Origin: a bacterium
Lineage (GTDB): Bacteria; Zhuqueibacterota; Zhuqueibacteria; Zhuqueibacterales; Zhuqueibacteraceae
Assembly (NCBI GenBank): GCA_044869275.1
Contig: JBIOXB010000063.1
Location: 15,303-79,302 of the forward strand
Length of the DNA: 64,000 nucleotides
Direction of reading: 5' to 3'
Part shown: piece after piece, positions 38,317-48,024 of the stretch
Position numbering within the stretch: the stretch's first letter is position 1
Layout of the letters: each line of letters starts with the position of its first letter
The notes under the pieces: model-generated
What the model was told of the DNA's origin: nothing
Seen by the model: the letters and a program-made list of their open reading frames with translations, nothing else
Database searches by the model: none
Position numbers and translations under genes: made by a program

Positions 38317-41238
38317 ATGATCGGCCAGACGATTTCACATTACCAAATCATCGAAAAGCTCGGCCAGGGCGGCATGGGAAAGGTGTATAAAGCCTTCGAC
38401 ACCAAGCTCATCCGCACTGTCGCACTCAAGTTTCTGCCCGAGGAGGTGACCCGCGAGCCAGAGTCTATCGATCGCTTCATTACCGAAGCGCAAGCCGCCT
38501 CTGCGCTGGATCATGCCAATATCTGCGCCATTCACGAGATCAACGAAACCGAAGACGGGCAGATGTACATTGTGATGGCCTGCTATGAGGGCGAGACGCT
38601 CCAGCAGAAAGTCAGGAGCGGACTCCCATCGTTTGAAAGCGCGATCGAAATAGCTCTGCAAATTGCCCGCGGGCTGGAACGGGCACACGAGGCCGGCATT
38701 ATTCATCGCGACATCAAGCCGTCGAATATCATCATCACCAAGCGTGGCGAGGTCAAGATCATTGATTTCGGCCTGGCCAAGCTGACCATGGGGCAATCGC
38801 GCTTGACCAAGAGTGGCAACATGCCGGGCACACTGGCCTATATGTCCCCGGAACAGGTGCAGGGACAGCCGGTTGATTATCGCACGGATCTCTGGTCGCT
38901 GGGGGTGATCATGCACGAAATGCTGACCGGGCAATTGCCGTTCCGCGGCGAGAATGAGGCCGCCGTCGTCTATGCCATCGTCAACGAACCATTGCAGCCG
39001 ATCACGCATTTGCGCGAAGATATTCCCGTGGAATGGGCGAACCTCATTGGCAAGTGCCTGGAAAAGGATTTGTCGCTGCGCTACCTCGGCGCCGGCGAAG
39101 TCATTGCCGATGTGCTCCGGCTGAAAAGGCGGGCGGAAAAGCACGAAGGGGCGGAGCGAGGCAAAGAAAGCCGTACGCTGTCTGCCATCATGTTCACCGA
39201 CATGGTGGGTTACAGCGCACTCACCCAAAAAAACGAAGAGCTGGCGCTCGCGCTTCTCGACGAACACCGGCGGCTATTGCGGCCGTTGTTTCACGAGCAC
39301 GGCGGAAAAGAAATCGAAGCCGTCGGCGACGCTTTTTTTGTGGAATTTGCCAGCGCTTTGCAGGCCACGCGCTGCGCTGTCGGCATTCAAAGAAAATTAT
39401 TTGAGCGCAATCGCGAGGCCTCCGCCGACCGGCGCATCAAGCTTCGTATCGGCCTGCATATTGGTGACGTGGTGCACACCGGCAAGCACGTGCACGGTGA
39501 CGGCGTCAACATCGCCGCCCGCCTGGAGCCACTGGCGGCCCCAGGTGGAATTTGTCTCTCTCAAGATGTGGTGCGGCAAATTCAGAACAAAATCGGGCTG
39601 CCGCTGCGCAAACTGGGACGTGGCGAGTTGAAGAACATCGAGACGCCGCTGGAGGTTTACCGCATCGTTTTGCCCTGGGAGCGGAAACGGGCGCCTTTGC
39701 TTGAAAAGCTCAGCTTTGTTTTGCAACAGCGCAGGGCCTATGTGTATCGCTTCACCGCCATGGTGCTCGTCGCTGTCCTTCTGCCCGTGGCTGTTTATTT
39801 GGAATGGGGCCCCAAAACAGATTCACCTTCTCCCGACCTGAAACGGATCGCCGTGCTGCCTCTGACCAACATTAGCTCCGACCCGCACGATGAATACTTT
39901 GCGGAGGGCATGACCGAGGAGCTGATTGCCACGCTCTCGCGCGTCGGCCAATTTCGAGTGATCGCCCGCAATTCGGTGATGCGATACAAAGCGAGCAGCA
40001 AAACCACGGCAGAAATCGGGGCAGAGTTGCAAGTGGGAACGGTATTGACGGGCAGCGTGCGCAAATCCGGCAACTCTTTGCGCATTGCCGTGCAGCTCGT
40101 GGAAGCGCGCCGGCAGGAGCCTTTGTGGTCGCAGCAATATGACCGCGAATTCCAAGACATCTTTGCCATTCAAAGTGACATTGCCCGAAGCGTCGTGGAA
40201 GCCTTGCGGGTGAGGTTGGTTGACGATGAAGAGCTGCGTCTCGCAAGGCGGTCGCCGCGCAACATGGAAGCCTACACCCTCTACTTGCGCGGGCTTTATC
40301 ACTGGAACAAGCGAACGGCGAGCGACATCAAAAAGGGAATGGATTATTTCCATCAAGCGCTGGCAAAAGATTCAACCTATGCCCAGCCGTATGCCGGCTT
40401 GGCCGATTCTTACACGGTATTGGGAACGGTCGAATATGGCGAATTGCCGGCGGCGCAAGCGATGCTGCAAGCCAGGGAGGCGGCAGAGAAGGCGCTGGCA
40501 TTGGACCCGCAATGCGCCGAAGCACACGCCGCACGCGCGAACCTGTTTTATTCGTATGAATGGGATTGGCAGAATGCCGAGCGCGAATTCACGCGTGCCC
40601 TCGATCTGAATCCCAATTACGCGATCGCCCACCATTGGTATGCGCACTATTTATGCTCGCAGGGTCGGCTCAAGGAAGCCATGTTAGAGATCAGACACGC
40701 CCAAGAATTGGACCCGCTCTCCTTGATCATCAACACGGCAGTGGGAATGGTCTTCTATTACCAGCGCCAGCCCGAGCTGGCACTGGCGCAATTGCACAAA
40801 ACTCTGGAATTGGACTCCAGCTTCGCCGCCGCACTGTTGCAATTGGGAGTGGTGCACGTATATCAGCACCAGGCGGAAGAAGCCATGGCGGCATATCAAA
40901 GAGCCATAAATCTGATTGGCGCCAACCCCATCTCACTGAGTTTGCTGGCGCATGCCCAGGGCGTGTTCGGACGGCGCGCAGAGGCGAACAAGATTCTCAG
41001 TGAGTTTCGTAAACCTTCGATGCGCCGCTATGTTTCGGCTTCAGATATGGCGCTCGTTTATTTGGGATTGGGCGACAAAGATCAAGTTTTCGTCTGGCTG
41101 GATAAGGCGTGCGTCGAGCGTTCAAATTATCTCATTTATCTCAATGTGGAACCGTTGGTTGACAGCCTGCGTGAAGATCCGCGCTTCGCTGCTCTGTTGC
41201 AGAGGGTGGGAGTGCCTCGTTTGGTCAAATCATTGTGA
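38317..41238 (+). CDS. Multidomain Ser/Thr protein kinase fused to a class III adenylate/guanylate cyclase domain, a transmembrane helix, a TolB-N-like domain and C-terminal TPR repeats.
   Basis: Kinase motifs: GQGGMGKVYKA, HRDIKPSNI, DFG, SPE. Cyclase motifs: FTDMVGYSALT, VGDAFFVEF, RIGLHIGDV, GDGVNIAARLE. TM: MVLVAVLLPVAVYL. TolB-N-like: IAVLPLTNISSDPHDEYFAEGMTEELI. An upstream TTGACA-17-TAACAT promoter lies at ~38116. Confidence 0.85.
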   Translation: MIGQTISHYQIIEKLGQGGMGKVYKAFDTKLIRTVALKFLPEEVTREPESIDRFITEAQAASALDHANICAIHEINETEDGQMYIVMACYEGETLQQKVRSGLPSFESAIEIALQIARGLERAHEAGIIHRDIKPSNIIITKRGEVKIIDFGLAKLTMGQSRLTKSGNMPGTLAYMSPEQVQGQPVDYRTDLWSLGVIMHEMLTGQLPFRGENEAAVVYAIVNEPLQPITHLREDIPVEWANLIGKCLEKDLSLRYLGAGEVIADVLRLKRRAEKHEGAERGKESRTLSAIMFTDMVGYSALTQKNEELALALLDEHRRLLRPLFHEHGGKEIEAVGDAFFVEFASALQATRCAVGIQRKLFERNREASADRRIKLRIGLHIGDVVHTGKHVHGDGVNIAARLEPLAAPGGICLSQDVVRQIQNKIGLPLRKLGRGELKNIETPLEVYRIVLPWERKRAPLLEKLSFVLQQRRAYVYRFTAMVLVAVLLPVAVYLEWGPKTDSPSPDLKRIAVLPLTNISSDPHDEYFAEGMTEELIATLSRVGQFRVIARNSVMRYKASSKTTAEIGAELQVGTVLTGSVRKSGNSLRIAVQLVEARRQEPLWSQQYDREFQDIFAIQSDIARSVVEALRVRLVDDEELRLARRSPRNMEAYTLYLRGLYHWNKRTASDIKKGMDYFHQALAKDSTYAQPYAGLADSYTVLGTVEYGELPAAQAMLQAREAAEKALALDPQCAEAHAARANLFYSYEWDWQNAEREFTRALDLNPNYAIAHHWYAHYLCSQGRLKEAMLEIRHAQELDPLSLIINTAVGMVFYYQRQPELALAQLHKTLELDSSFAAALLQLGVVHVYQHQAEEAMAAYQRAINLIGANPISLSLLAHAQGVFGRRAEANKILSEFRKPSMRRYVSASDMALVYLGLGDKDQVFVWLDKACVERSNYLIYLNVEPLVDSLREDPRFAALLQRVGVPRLVKSL

Positions 41239-41268
41239 CAGGCCTTAATAGAATGCTTCTTGCACGTC

Positions 41269-42777
41269 ATGACTTCTGAACTCGAAAAAATGGAGAGCAT
41301 TTTCGAGCTGGCCGATCTGCTTGGCCGGCAGAATGATTTTCAGGAAATCCTGCGCCTGGTGGCACAGAAGGCAGCGAGCTTGTTGCAAGCCGAAACCGCT
41401 TCGATCATGATGATCAATCCGCAAACCCGGCACACGGTCAAGACGATTCTGCAAGAAGGTGATGGCGTGGAGGATCAGCGTTATCATACGGTGCACACGC
41501 ATGTCGGCGGCTGGGTGATCAAGCAGCAACAGCCTTTTGCCAGTGCCGATCTCAAAACCGATGCACGTTTTGCCAAGAAGCTCTTCGAGCATTCTCCCGT
41601 CGCCGCGGTGCTGGCCGCGCCGTTGCGCAGCGAGGGTGTGGTGCTCGGCGCTTTGATCCTGATGAATGCCGCAGCGGCGGTGCTGGAAACACAGCTGGCG
41701 GCGCTGCAAAAATTCGCCGCCGTGGTCTCGCCATTTTTGCGCAATGTACAAAAGCTGCAGCAGTATTTCGATGCCCCTTTGCCGGAAACCGCATTGTTGT
41801 CGAAATACGAAGCCGCGGGCTTGCTGGGCAAAAGCCGGAAGTACGTCGGAATGCTCAAGGCCATGGAGGCCGCTGCGCGTTGCGAGGTGCGCGTGTTGCT
41901 GGAGGGGCAAAGCGGGACCGGCAAGGAATTGATCGCCAAAGCCATCCATCGTTTCAGCCCGCGCGGCGGCCGGCCTTTTATCGCCATCGATTGCGGCGCG
42001 ATTGCGGAGCATCTGATCGAGAGTGAGCTCTTCGGTCACGTGAAAGGAGCCTTCACCGGCGCCAGCAGTGAGCGCACCGGCTTGCTGGAAGAGGGCCATC
42101 ACGGCACGCTGTTCATGGACGAGATTGCGAATCTTTCCTTGGAGATGCAGGCCAAGTTTATGCGCGTGCTGCAAACCGGCGAAATCCGGCCCGTGGGCGG
42201 AAATAAAACCCGGCTGGTCGACGTGCGTATTATTTCCGCGAGCAGCACCCCGCTGCGAAAATTGGTGGAGGCGCAAAAATTCCGTGAAGATTTGTTTTAT
42301 CGCCTGCACGTGTATCCGGTGCAGGTGCCTGCGCTCGATGAGCGCCAGGAGGATATTCCTCTTCTGGCCAATTATTTTTTGAAGAAATTCGCCGCGCAGC
42401 AGGGCAAGAAAGTGGAAGCCTTTCACGAAGAAATCGCGGAGTTCATGCAACAACGCCACTGGGCCGGCAATGTTCGCGAGTTGGAAAACTTCGTGGAACG
42501 CCTGGTTACCATGGTCACGCCGGAAACCACCGTCTTGGAGCATGCGCATCTGCCCGCCGAGCTGCAAAAAGAAATGAAGAAGTTCGCGGGCGCTTTGCCA
42601 GAGCCGGCGGCCAGCAAATCCCTGAACGAGTTCTTGTCCGAATATGAAGAGCAAGTGCTGCGGCAAGCTTTGCGAGCGCACGGCTGGAATCAATCCAAGA
42701 CCGCACGCGCGTTGAAAATCTCCGAACAAACTTTGCGCTATAAAATGGGGAAGATGGGAATTGCGAGGGGTTCGTAA
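41269..42777 (+). CDS. Sigma-54-dependent transcriptional activator (EBP) with an N-terminal GAF domain instead of a receiver domain, an AAA+ core and a C-terminal Fis-type HTH.
   Basis: GESGTGKE (Walker A), GAFTGA (sigma-54 contact loop), an ESELFGH-type motif, C-terminal QSKTARALKISEQTLRYKM. The N-terminal ~170 aa show a GAF-like pattern. Confidence 0.9.
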   Translation: MTSELEKMESIFELADLLGRQNDFQEILRLVAQKAASLLQAETASIMMINPQTRHTVKTILQEGDGVEDQRYHTVHTHVGGWVIKQQQPFASADLKTDARFAKKLFEHSPVAAVLAAPLRSEGVVLGALILMNAAAAVLETQLAALQKFAAVVSPFLRNVQKLQQYFDAPLPETALLSKYEAAGLLGKSRKYVGMLKAMEAAARCEVRVLLEGQSGTGKELIAKAIHRFSPRGGRPFIAIDCGAIAEHLIESELFGHVKGAFTGASSERTGLLEEGHHGTLFMDEIANLSLEMQAKFMRVLQTGEIRPVGGNKTRLVDVRIISASSTPLRKLVEAQKFREDLFYRLHVYPVQVPALDERQEDIPLLANYFLKKFAAQQGKKVEAFHEEIAEFMQQRHWAGNVRELENFVERLVTMVTPETTVLEHAHLPAELQKEMKKFAGALPEPAASKSLNEFLSEYEEQVLRQALRAHGWNQSKTARALKISEQTLRYKMGKMGIARGS

Positions 42778-43143
42778 AGCAAAGGTTGGTACTGTCATGA
42801 CCAGCCTCATGCAAAAATCCGCGTTTTTTCTGCGAAGCAAACTCCACTAAAAACAGGTCTTCTTTTCTCCGCAAGTTTTTTGCGAACTTCTTTCTTGATT
42901 TACTCACTTTCAACCGAGCTATCCTCTCCCGCTGCTTCGTTGTTCCTGCCGAACTTAAAAGCCTTCAACCCACATCATTCCCCGTGGCATGATCTTCGAA
43001 TGTCATGTTCGCGTGCAACACGATGATCTCAGCGCAATTTCGCTCACAGGTGAGCGGTCCGTCAAATCTCCACGCGAGAGCGTGATAATTTCATCCCATG
43101 CGGGCATGGTCGAATCAATTGCATCACACAGTGCGAGGGCCAG

Positions 43144-44562
43144 ATGGAATGCTATCCCCAAAACTTCGAAACCCAAGCTTGGCAAGCAATCGCTGCTCCA
43201 GAAGCATGGCAAGAAGATCAGCGGACGCGCATGCATCCGGAGCTGGTGACACGCTTACTGCACAATGCCGCACCGCTCTTGCAGTTTGCGGACTGGCGCG
43301 TAACCAAGACCGGTCTGGGTTACGCTGAAACCGAGCTGCCACTCACGGTGAACACGACCAACCAACATGGCACACATCAAGCAGGTTTACTGTTGGCTGC
43401 CGCCGACTACACCGGTGGCGTCGCCATGGGCTCGTTGTTTCACGGTGTTCCGGTGATCGGCGTTCATCCGCAAACGGGTGAATTTGGCGCGGCGCTGTGG
43501 TCGTTTCAAGTCAATATGCGCTGGTTGCGCCCGAGCTGCCACACTTTGATCTGCAAGGCTTCCATAGCAGAAGAAAAGTGCCAGCAAATCGTCGCACGTT
43601 TTTTCGCGGGCAAGCGCATTATCGAGACGATCACGATTCAGATGGAAAACGATGGTGTGCCTGTCGCGCAAGCTGAATTCACCTACTGGGCGCGTGATGC
43701 CCGCCTGCTCAAAGAGGAAGCTTACCATGAAGAGAAAATTCACGTGCTCTACGATCACAAGATCAAATCCTCGGCGCTTTTGATCGCCGCTTTGCGCGCC
43801 ATGGAACAAGAAAAGCCCGCGCCTGAGCGGCTTTTTCACGATGCGCTTTCCCCCCAAATAATCGATGATCAGGCGCGGGTGCTGGCGAAGAGATTCTGCC
43901 AGCGCTTGCCACAGTTGCAATCACTCGTGGCTCTGCGCACGCAACACCTCGACACCTGTTTGCAGTCATTTCATGCCAGCGGCGGGCGGCAAGCCTTGCT
44001 GCTGGGGGCGGGTCTGGACTTGCGACCATTGCGTTTGCAGCTACGGGGGGTGAAGTGGTATGAATTGGATTTGCCCGCGATGCTTGCGCTGCGCGAGAAG
44101 CATCTCCACAGACTCGGCCTTGCCAGCCTGCCCGACCGGCGTCTGGTCGAGATAGACTTGCTCAACCATGACCTGGCACAACGCATGGCGGAGACACCCG
44201 GTTTTGACGCAACCCAGCCAACCTTCGTCATCTGGGAAGGCGGCTCCATGTATTTCAATCGTGCAGACTTCAACAAAATCCTCACCGGCCTTCGGCCATT
44301 GCTGCGGCATGAAAAATCCGAGGTTTGGATGGACTATGTTGACGAGAAGGTGATTGCGGGCATCACCGGCTGTGCGGCGGTCGAAGCGTTCATGGAAGGG
44401 ATGCAATGTTTGGGGGAGCCTTTTATCCATGGTCTCGACCCCGCCGCTCATGGCGCCACAAAACTCGGCCTGGAACTGATTTCCGACGAGCCGGCGGCGC
44501 AATTCGTCAGCACCGACGATCCAATTTATGAACTCTATCGTTTTGCCCGGCTGCGCCGGTGA
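43144..44562 (+). CDS. Fusion of a PaaI-like hotdog-fold thioesterase domain and a class I SAM-dependent O-methyltransferase (LCM/TIGR00027-like).
   Basis: N-terminal NQHGTHQAGLLLAAADYTGGVAMG (hotdog HGG-type motif). C-terminal ALLLGAGLDLRP...VIWEGGSMYF (leucine carboxyl methyltransferase-like SAM fold). The likely true start is MHPEL at 43228. Confidence 0.55.
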   Translation: MECYPQNFETQAWQAIAAPEAWQEDQRTRMHPELVTRLLHNAAPLLQFADWRVTKTGLGYAETELPLTVNTTNQHGTHQAGLLLAAADYTGGVAMGSLFHGVPVIGVHPQTGEFGAALWSFQVNMRWLRPSCHTLICKASIAEEKCQQIVARFFAGKRIIETITIQMENDGVPVAQAEFTYWARDARLLKEEAYHEEKIHVLYDHKIKSSALLIAALRAMEQEKPAPERLFHDALSPQIIDDQARVLAKRFCQRLPQLQSLVALRTQHLDTCLQSFHASGGRQALLLGAGLDLRPLRLQLRGVKWYELDLPAMLALREKHLHRLGLASLPDRRLVEIDLLNHDLAQRMAETPGFDATQPTFVIWEGGSMYFNRADFNKILTGLRPLLRHEKSEVWMDYVDEKVIAGITGCAAVEAFMEGMQCLGEPFIHGLDPAAHGATKLGLELISDEPAAQFVSTDDPIYELYRFARLRR

Positions 44563-44587
44563 TCGACATTCAATCACGGAGACGAAA

Positions 44588-45493
44588 ATGAACAGCGCGA
44601 ACGCCTCACTCACCGGCGCCCCTCCGCCGGAGCCAGTCCAGAAATACAATTGGCGAAATCTCCTATTCGTCGCTCTCTCCCCTCTGGTCGCGATAGCAGG
44701 TCTGCTGCTTTATTTGCCGAAATATGGTGTGCAGCGTGGCGATCTGTACAACTTCTTACTCATGTACGTGTTTACCGGCCTTTCCATTTCCGCCGGTTAT
44801 CATCGCTGCTTTGCGCACCACAGTTATCGCTGTCACACACTTGTAAAGTTGTTCTATCTCCTGTTTGGCGCCGCCGCCTTCCAAAACTCGGTGATCCGCT
44901 GGTCCGCCTATCACCGTCGGCACCATCGTTTCACGGATGAGCAGGAAGATCCTCACAACATCAGAGAAGGATTCTTTTGGGTATACTGGGGGTGGGTGGT
45001 GCATCACGACCAGCCCTCACGAAACCAATTCACAGTGCGCGACCTGGAAAAAGACAAGCTGATCATGTGGCAGCATCAATATTACCTGCCGATCGCTCTC
45101 CTCATGGGCTTGGTGTTGCCAGCGTTGCTCGGTGCAGTGCTAAGCAATGCGCTGGGCGGTTTGCTGTGGGGTGGCGTGCTGCGCACTGTGATTTCACAAC
45201 ACGCCACTTTTCTGATCAATTCGGCCTCGCACTGCTTTGGCACACAACCTTATTCGAAAAAAGACTCCTCACGTGATTGCTGGTGGCTGATGTTCGTCTC
45301 TTTTGGCGACAGCAAGCATAATTTCCACCACACCTTTGCGGGCGACTATCGCAACGGCTTGAAATGGTATGAATGGGATCCTTCCAAATGGTTCATCCGT
45401 GGTTTGAGTATGCTGGCCTTGACTTCGCATCTGCATCGCACACCCGCTGATCGCATCGCCCGGGCGCGGAAGCGGATTGAGGAAGGAAGATAA
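44588..45493 (+). CDS. Membrane acyl-CoA/acyl-lipid fatty acid desaturase (delta-9-like).
   Basis: Three histidine boxes: HRCFAHH, HRRHHRF, HNFHHTF. Multiple transmembrane segments. Confidence 0.85.
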   Translation: MNSANASLTGAPPPEPVQKYNWRNLLFVALSPLVAIAGLLLYLPKYGVQRGDLYNFLLMYVFTGLSISAGYHRCFAHHSYRCHTLVKLFYLLFGAAAFQNSVIRWSAYHRRHHRFTDEQEDPHNIREGFFWVYWGWVVHHDQPSRNQFTVRDLEKDKLIMWQHQYYLPIALLMGLVLPALLGAVLSNALGGLLWGGVLRTVISQHATFLINSASHCFGTQPYSKKDSSRDCWWLMFVSFGDSKHNFHHTFAGDYRNGLKWYEWDPSKWFIRGLSMLALTSHLHRTPADRIARARKRIEEGR

Positions 45494-45532
45494 CCGATGC
45501 CCTGCAACCTTGACAAGCAAGAGAATGGCGTG

Positions 45533-46645
45533 ATGCGCCCTCGTTTCGTCGGAAGTATCGGCGATTTATTGCAACAGAAGCCGAACAGGCCATTGCTGCG
45601 ATTTGCTCCAGCAAAATGGCTGCGCGGCGGACACCGCCAGACCCTTCTTGGATATCTGATGCCTGGGGCACAAAAGCCTCGCCAGACACGCTTGCACCTC
45701 GTGCCAGTGGGCGGTGGTGATCACATTGTACTGTGTGAAAATCTTCCCCACTTTGAAGAACCGGTGCGAGGAATAGTGCTGTTGATGCACGGGTTGGGAG
45801 GCGAAGCGAATTCTCCCTACATGCTGCGCATATCCTCGCGATTAAGGCAAAACGGCTTTGTCACTTTTCGCATGAACCATCGCGGTGCCGGTGAGGGTCG
45901 CGGCTTCGCAAAGGAGCTTTATCACGCGGGCAAGAGTGAGGACCTTGCCGCGGCGCTGGCAAAGATCGTGGCGCTTTATCCCCGGTTGCCTCTGTTGATG
46001 CTTGGTTTCTCACTCAGTGGTAACATCCTGCTCAAGCTTTTGGGGGAAAATCTGCATCCGCTTCCCCCAAGCCTGTGCGCAGCCATCGCTATTAATCCGC
46101 CAATCGACCTGGCCAAGTGTACGGCCTCTCTGCGCCGCCTGCCCAACCGCATCTACGATTACCATATTGTGCGTGCGCTCAAGAAAGTAATCAAAATGCG
46201 GCAACGCGACTATCCCGCGTTCCCTCAGATACCGTTGCCCCGATGCCTCACGATGCGCGAGTTCGATGAAATCTGCTCGGCGCCGCTGTGCGGCTTCAGA
46301 TCTGCGGCGGATTATTATGAAAAATGCAGTGCCAAGCAATTTTTGGCGGGCATTCGCCTCCCCACGCTCATCCTGGCAAGCGCTGATGATCCGTTTATTC
46401 CCAAAGAGTCATTCGAAGATCTGCCTGTAAACGACTTCATTACCCTGCACATAACCGATACGGGTGGGCACCTGGGATTTGTTTCTCATGAAAAGACAGT
46501 GCATGGGCACCAGCGCTGGATGGACTATGCTGTGACGGCCTATACGCAACATTGCATTGAATGGCACGCCGAAATTCAGGGAGAGGATCAGGCGGAAGCA
46601 TACGCCGCTTGCTTTCAAAACCCGGTTTTACTTTCACATTCCTAA
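45533..46645 (+). CDS. Alpha/beta-fold hydrolase, YheT/ABHD-like.
   Basis: N-terminal WLRGGHRQTLLGYL (YheT-type start). Nucleophile elbow GFSLSGN. ~370 aa. Confidence 0.75.
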   Translation: MRPRFVGSIGDLLQQKPNRPLLRFAPAKWLRGGHRQTLLGYLMPGAQKPRQTRLHLVPVGGGDHIVLCENLPHFEEPVRGIVLLMHGLGGEANSPYMLRISSRLRQNGFVTFRMNHRGAGEGRGFAKELYHAGKSEDLAAALAKIVALYPRLPLLMLGFSLSGNILLKLLGENLHPLPPSLCAAIAINPPIDLAKCTASLRRLPNRIYDYHIVRALKKVIKMRQRDYPAFPQIPLPRCLTMREFDEICSAPLCGFRSAADYYEKCSAKQFLAGIRLPTLILASADDPFIPKESFEDLPVNDFITLHITDTGGHLGFVSHEKTVHGHQRWMDYAVTAYTQHCIEWHAEIQGEDQAEAYAACFQNPVLLSHS

Positions 46646-46661
46646 CCTCAGGAGGTTGTCT

Positions 46662-47888
46662 ATGAAGTTCAAACTGTTCACCCTCAATCTGGTCCTTTTG
46701 TTCTTTCTGCAAATGGGCTGCAACAAGGACCTGCCGCTTTCACCGGATTTCAACGCGATGCAGGAATCGCAAGATTTCGAATCCCAGGACCTGCTGTCCG
46801 ATCAAGTTGCCGTGGGGAACCTCACCGTCATGACGCGCAACATTTACGTCGGCACCAACGTCGATTTGGTTTTGGGGGCGCAAAGCCCGGAAGAGGTGCC
46901 GGTGTTGGTGGCGCAGGCGTTTCAAACGCTGCTCGCCACCGACTTTCGTGAACGCGCGCAGGCGCTCGCCGACGAAATTAAACAGAATCGCCCCCATCTC
47001 ATCGGCTTGCAGGAGGTCTCGACCATCCGCACGCAATCGCCGGGTGACGCAGTGATCGGCGGTACCATCCCTGCCCAAAACGTGCTGTTTGATTACCTGG
47101 CCATCCTGCTTGAGGCTTTGCGCGCACGCGGCCTGAATTATCGCGTCGCCGGCATTATCGCCAATGCCGACGTCGAGGTGCCGATGCTGGTGGATCCCAG
47201 TACCATGGCCTTCGACGACGTCCGCCTCAGCGACTACGACGTGGTGCTCGCGCGGCATGACGTCAGCGTTTCAGACGTAATCCAGGCCAATTATCAAACC
47301 ATGCTCACGGTGCCATCTTTGGGCGCGCAAATTCCCCGCGGCTTTGTGGCCGTGACGGCCAGCGTCGGCAGCAATCGCATCCGCTTTGTCAATACTCACC
47401 TCGAACCGGCCTCGATTCCGGAATTGCTGCCGATTCAACTGGCTCAGGCGCAAGAGCTGGCTGCCGCGCTGCAAAATGAACGTCTGCCTGTGGTTTTGGT
47501 GGGCGACCTGAACACGCAAGCGATCACCGGCGCCACGTATCAATTTCTTGCCACGCAAGGCTATGTCGACGTCTGGACGCAAAAAAGGAATCGTGATGAA
47601 GGCGAGGGCAACACCTGCTGTCACGCTGCCGACTTGCGCAACACCACGGTGCACCTCGACCAGCGCATCGACTTGATTCTGGCGAAAAACAGCACGGAGG
47701 ACGATGATCGCGCGCTGCAGGACGGCGACGATCGCTTCTTCAAAGGCGTAGTGGCGAGAGTGGTGGGCGACGAGCTGCGCGATCGCACGCCTTCCGGCCT
47801 GTGGCCCTCGGACCACGCCGGAGTGGTGGCGCGCTTTCGCACGAATGAAGCACACGACGAGGTTCTGGCGATGACCACGGCGGAATAG
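46662..47888 (+). CDS. Endonuclease/exonuclease/phosphatase (EEP) family lipoprotein.
   Basis: Lipobox LQMGC after the signal peptide. EEP motifs LIGLQEV, VVLVGDLN, WPSDHAGVVARF. GGAGG RBS upstream. Confidence 0.75.
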   Translation: MKFKLFTLNLVLLFFLQMGCNKDLPLSPDFNAMQESQDFESQDLLSDQVAVGNLTVMTRNIYVGTNVDLVLGAQSPEEVPVLVAQAFQTLLATDFRERAQALADEIKQNRPHLIGLQEVSTIRTQSPGDAVIGGTIPAQNVLFDYLAILLEALRARGLNYRVAGIIANADVEVPMLVDPSTMAFDDVRLSDYDVVLARHDVSVSDVIQANYQTMLTVPSLGAQIPRGFVAVTASVGSNRIRFVNTHLEPASIPELLPIQLAQAQELAAALQNERLPVVLVGDLNTQAITGATYQFLATQGYVDVWTQKRNRDEGEGNTCCHAADLRNTTVHLDQRIDLILAKNSTEDDDRALQDGDDRFFKGVVARVVGDELRDRTPSGLWPSDHAGVVARFRTNEAHDEVLAMTTAE

Positions 47889-48024
47889 AGTGGCTTTTCT
47901 TTCACCTCTCGCCGCGCTGTTGCCCCGGGGGAAGCTTCATGAGGCAACAGCGCGGCCTTTCATCAAACCGCGGAATTTGCTTCAACCGGACAAGACAGGA
48001 TTTCGAAACGCAGGAAGCCCGATC

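Noticed and set aside
38335-40356. Minus-strand ORFs 38335..39267 and 39823..40356 inside STPK1.
   Set aside because: Antisense to a protein with complete kinase and cyclase motif sets.
41245-42840. 531-aa minus-strand ORF covering the whole EBP1 gene.
   Set aside because: The plus strand encodes unmistakable sigma-54 activator motifs (GESGTGKE, GAFTGA, HTH). The antisense frame is a GC-driven artefact.
43091-43125. TGGCAT-N5-TCGA and TGGTCG-N6-TTGC near-matches upstream of the thioesterase-methyltransferase gene.
   Set aside because: Wrong -12 dinucleotide or spacing off by one. Not claimable as a sigma-54 promoter without a PWM score.
42989-43249. 86-aa ORF MIFECHVRVQHDDL... in a different frame just upstream of, and overlapping, the hotdog/methyltransferase gene.
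   Set aside because: No continuation of a thioesterase-like sequence after the first 14 residues. The hotdog domain is fully accounted for in the 43144/43228 frame. Probably spurious, although a frameshift cannot be excluded without reads.
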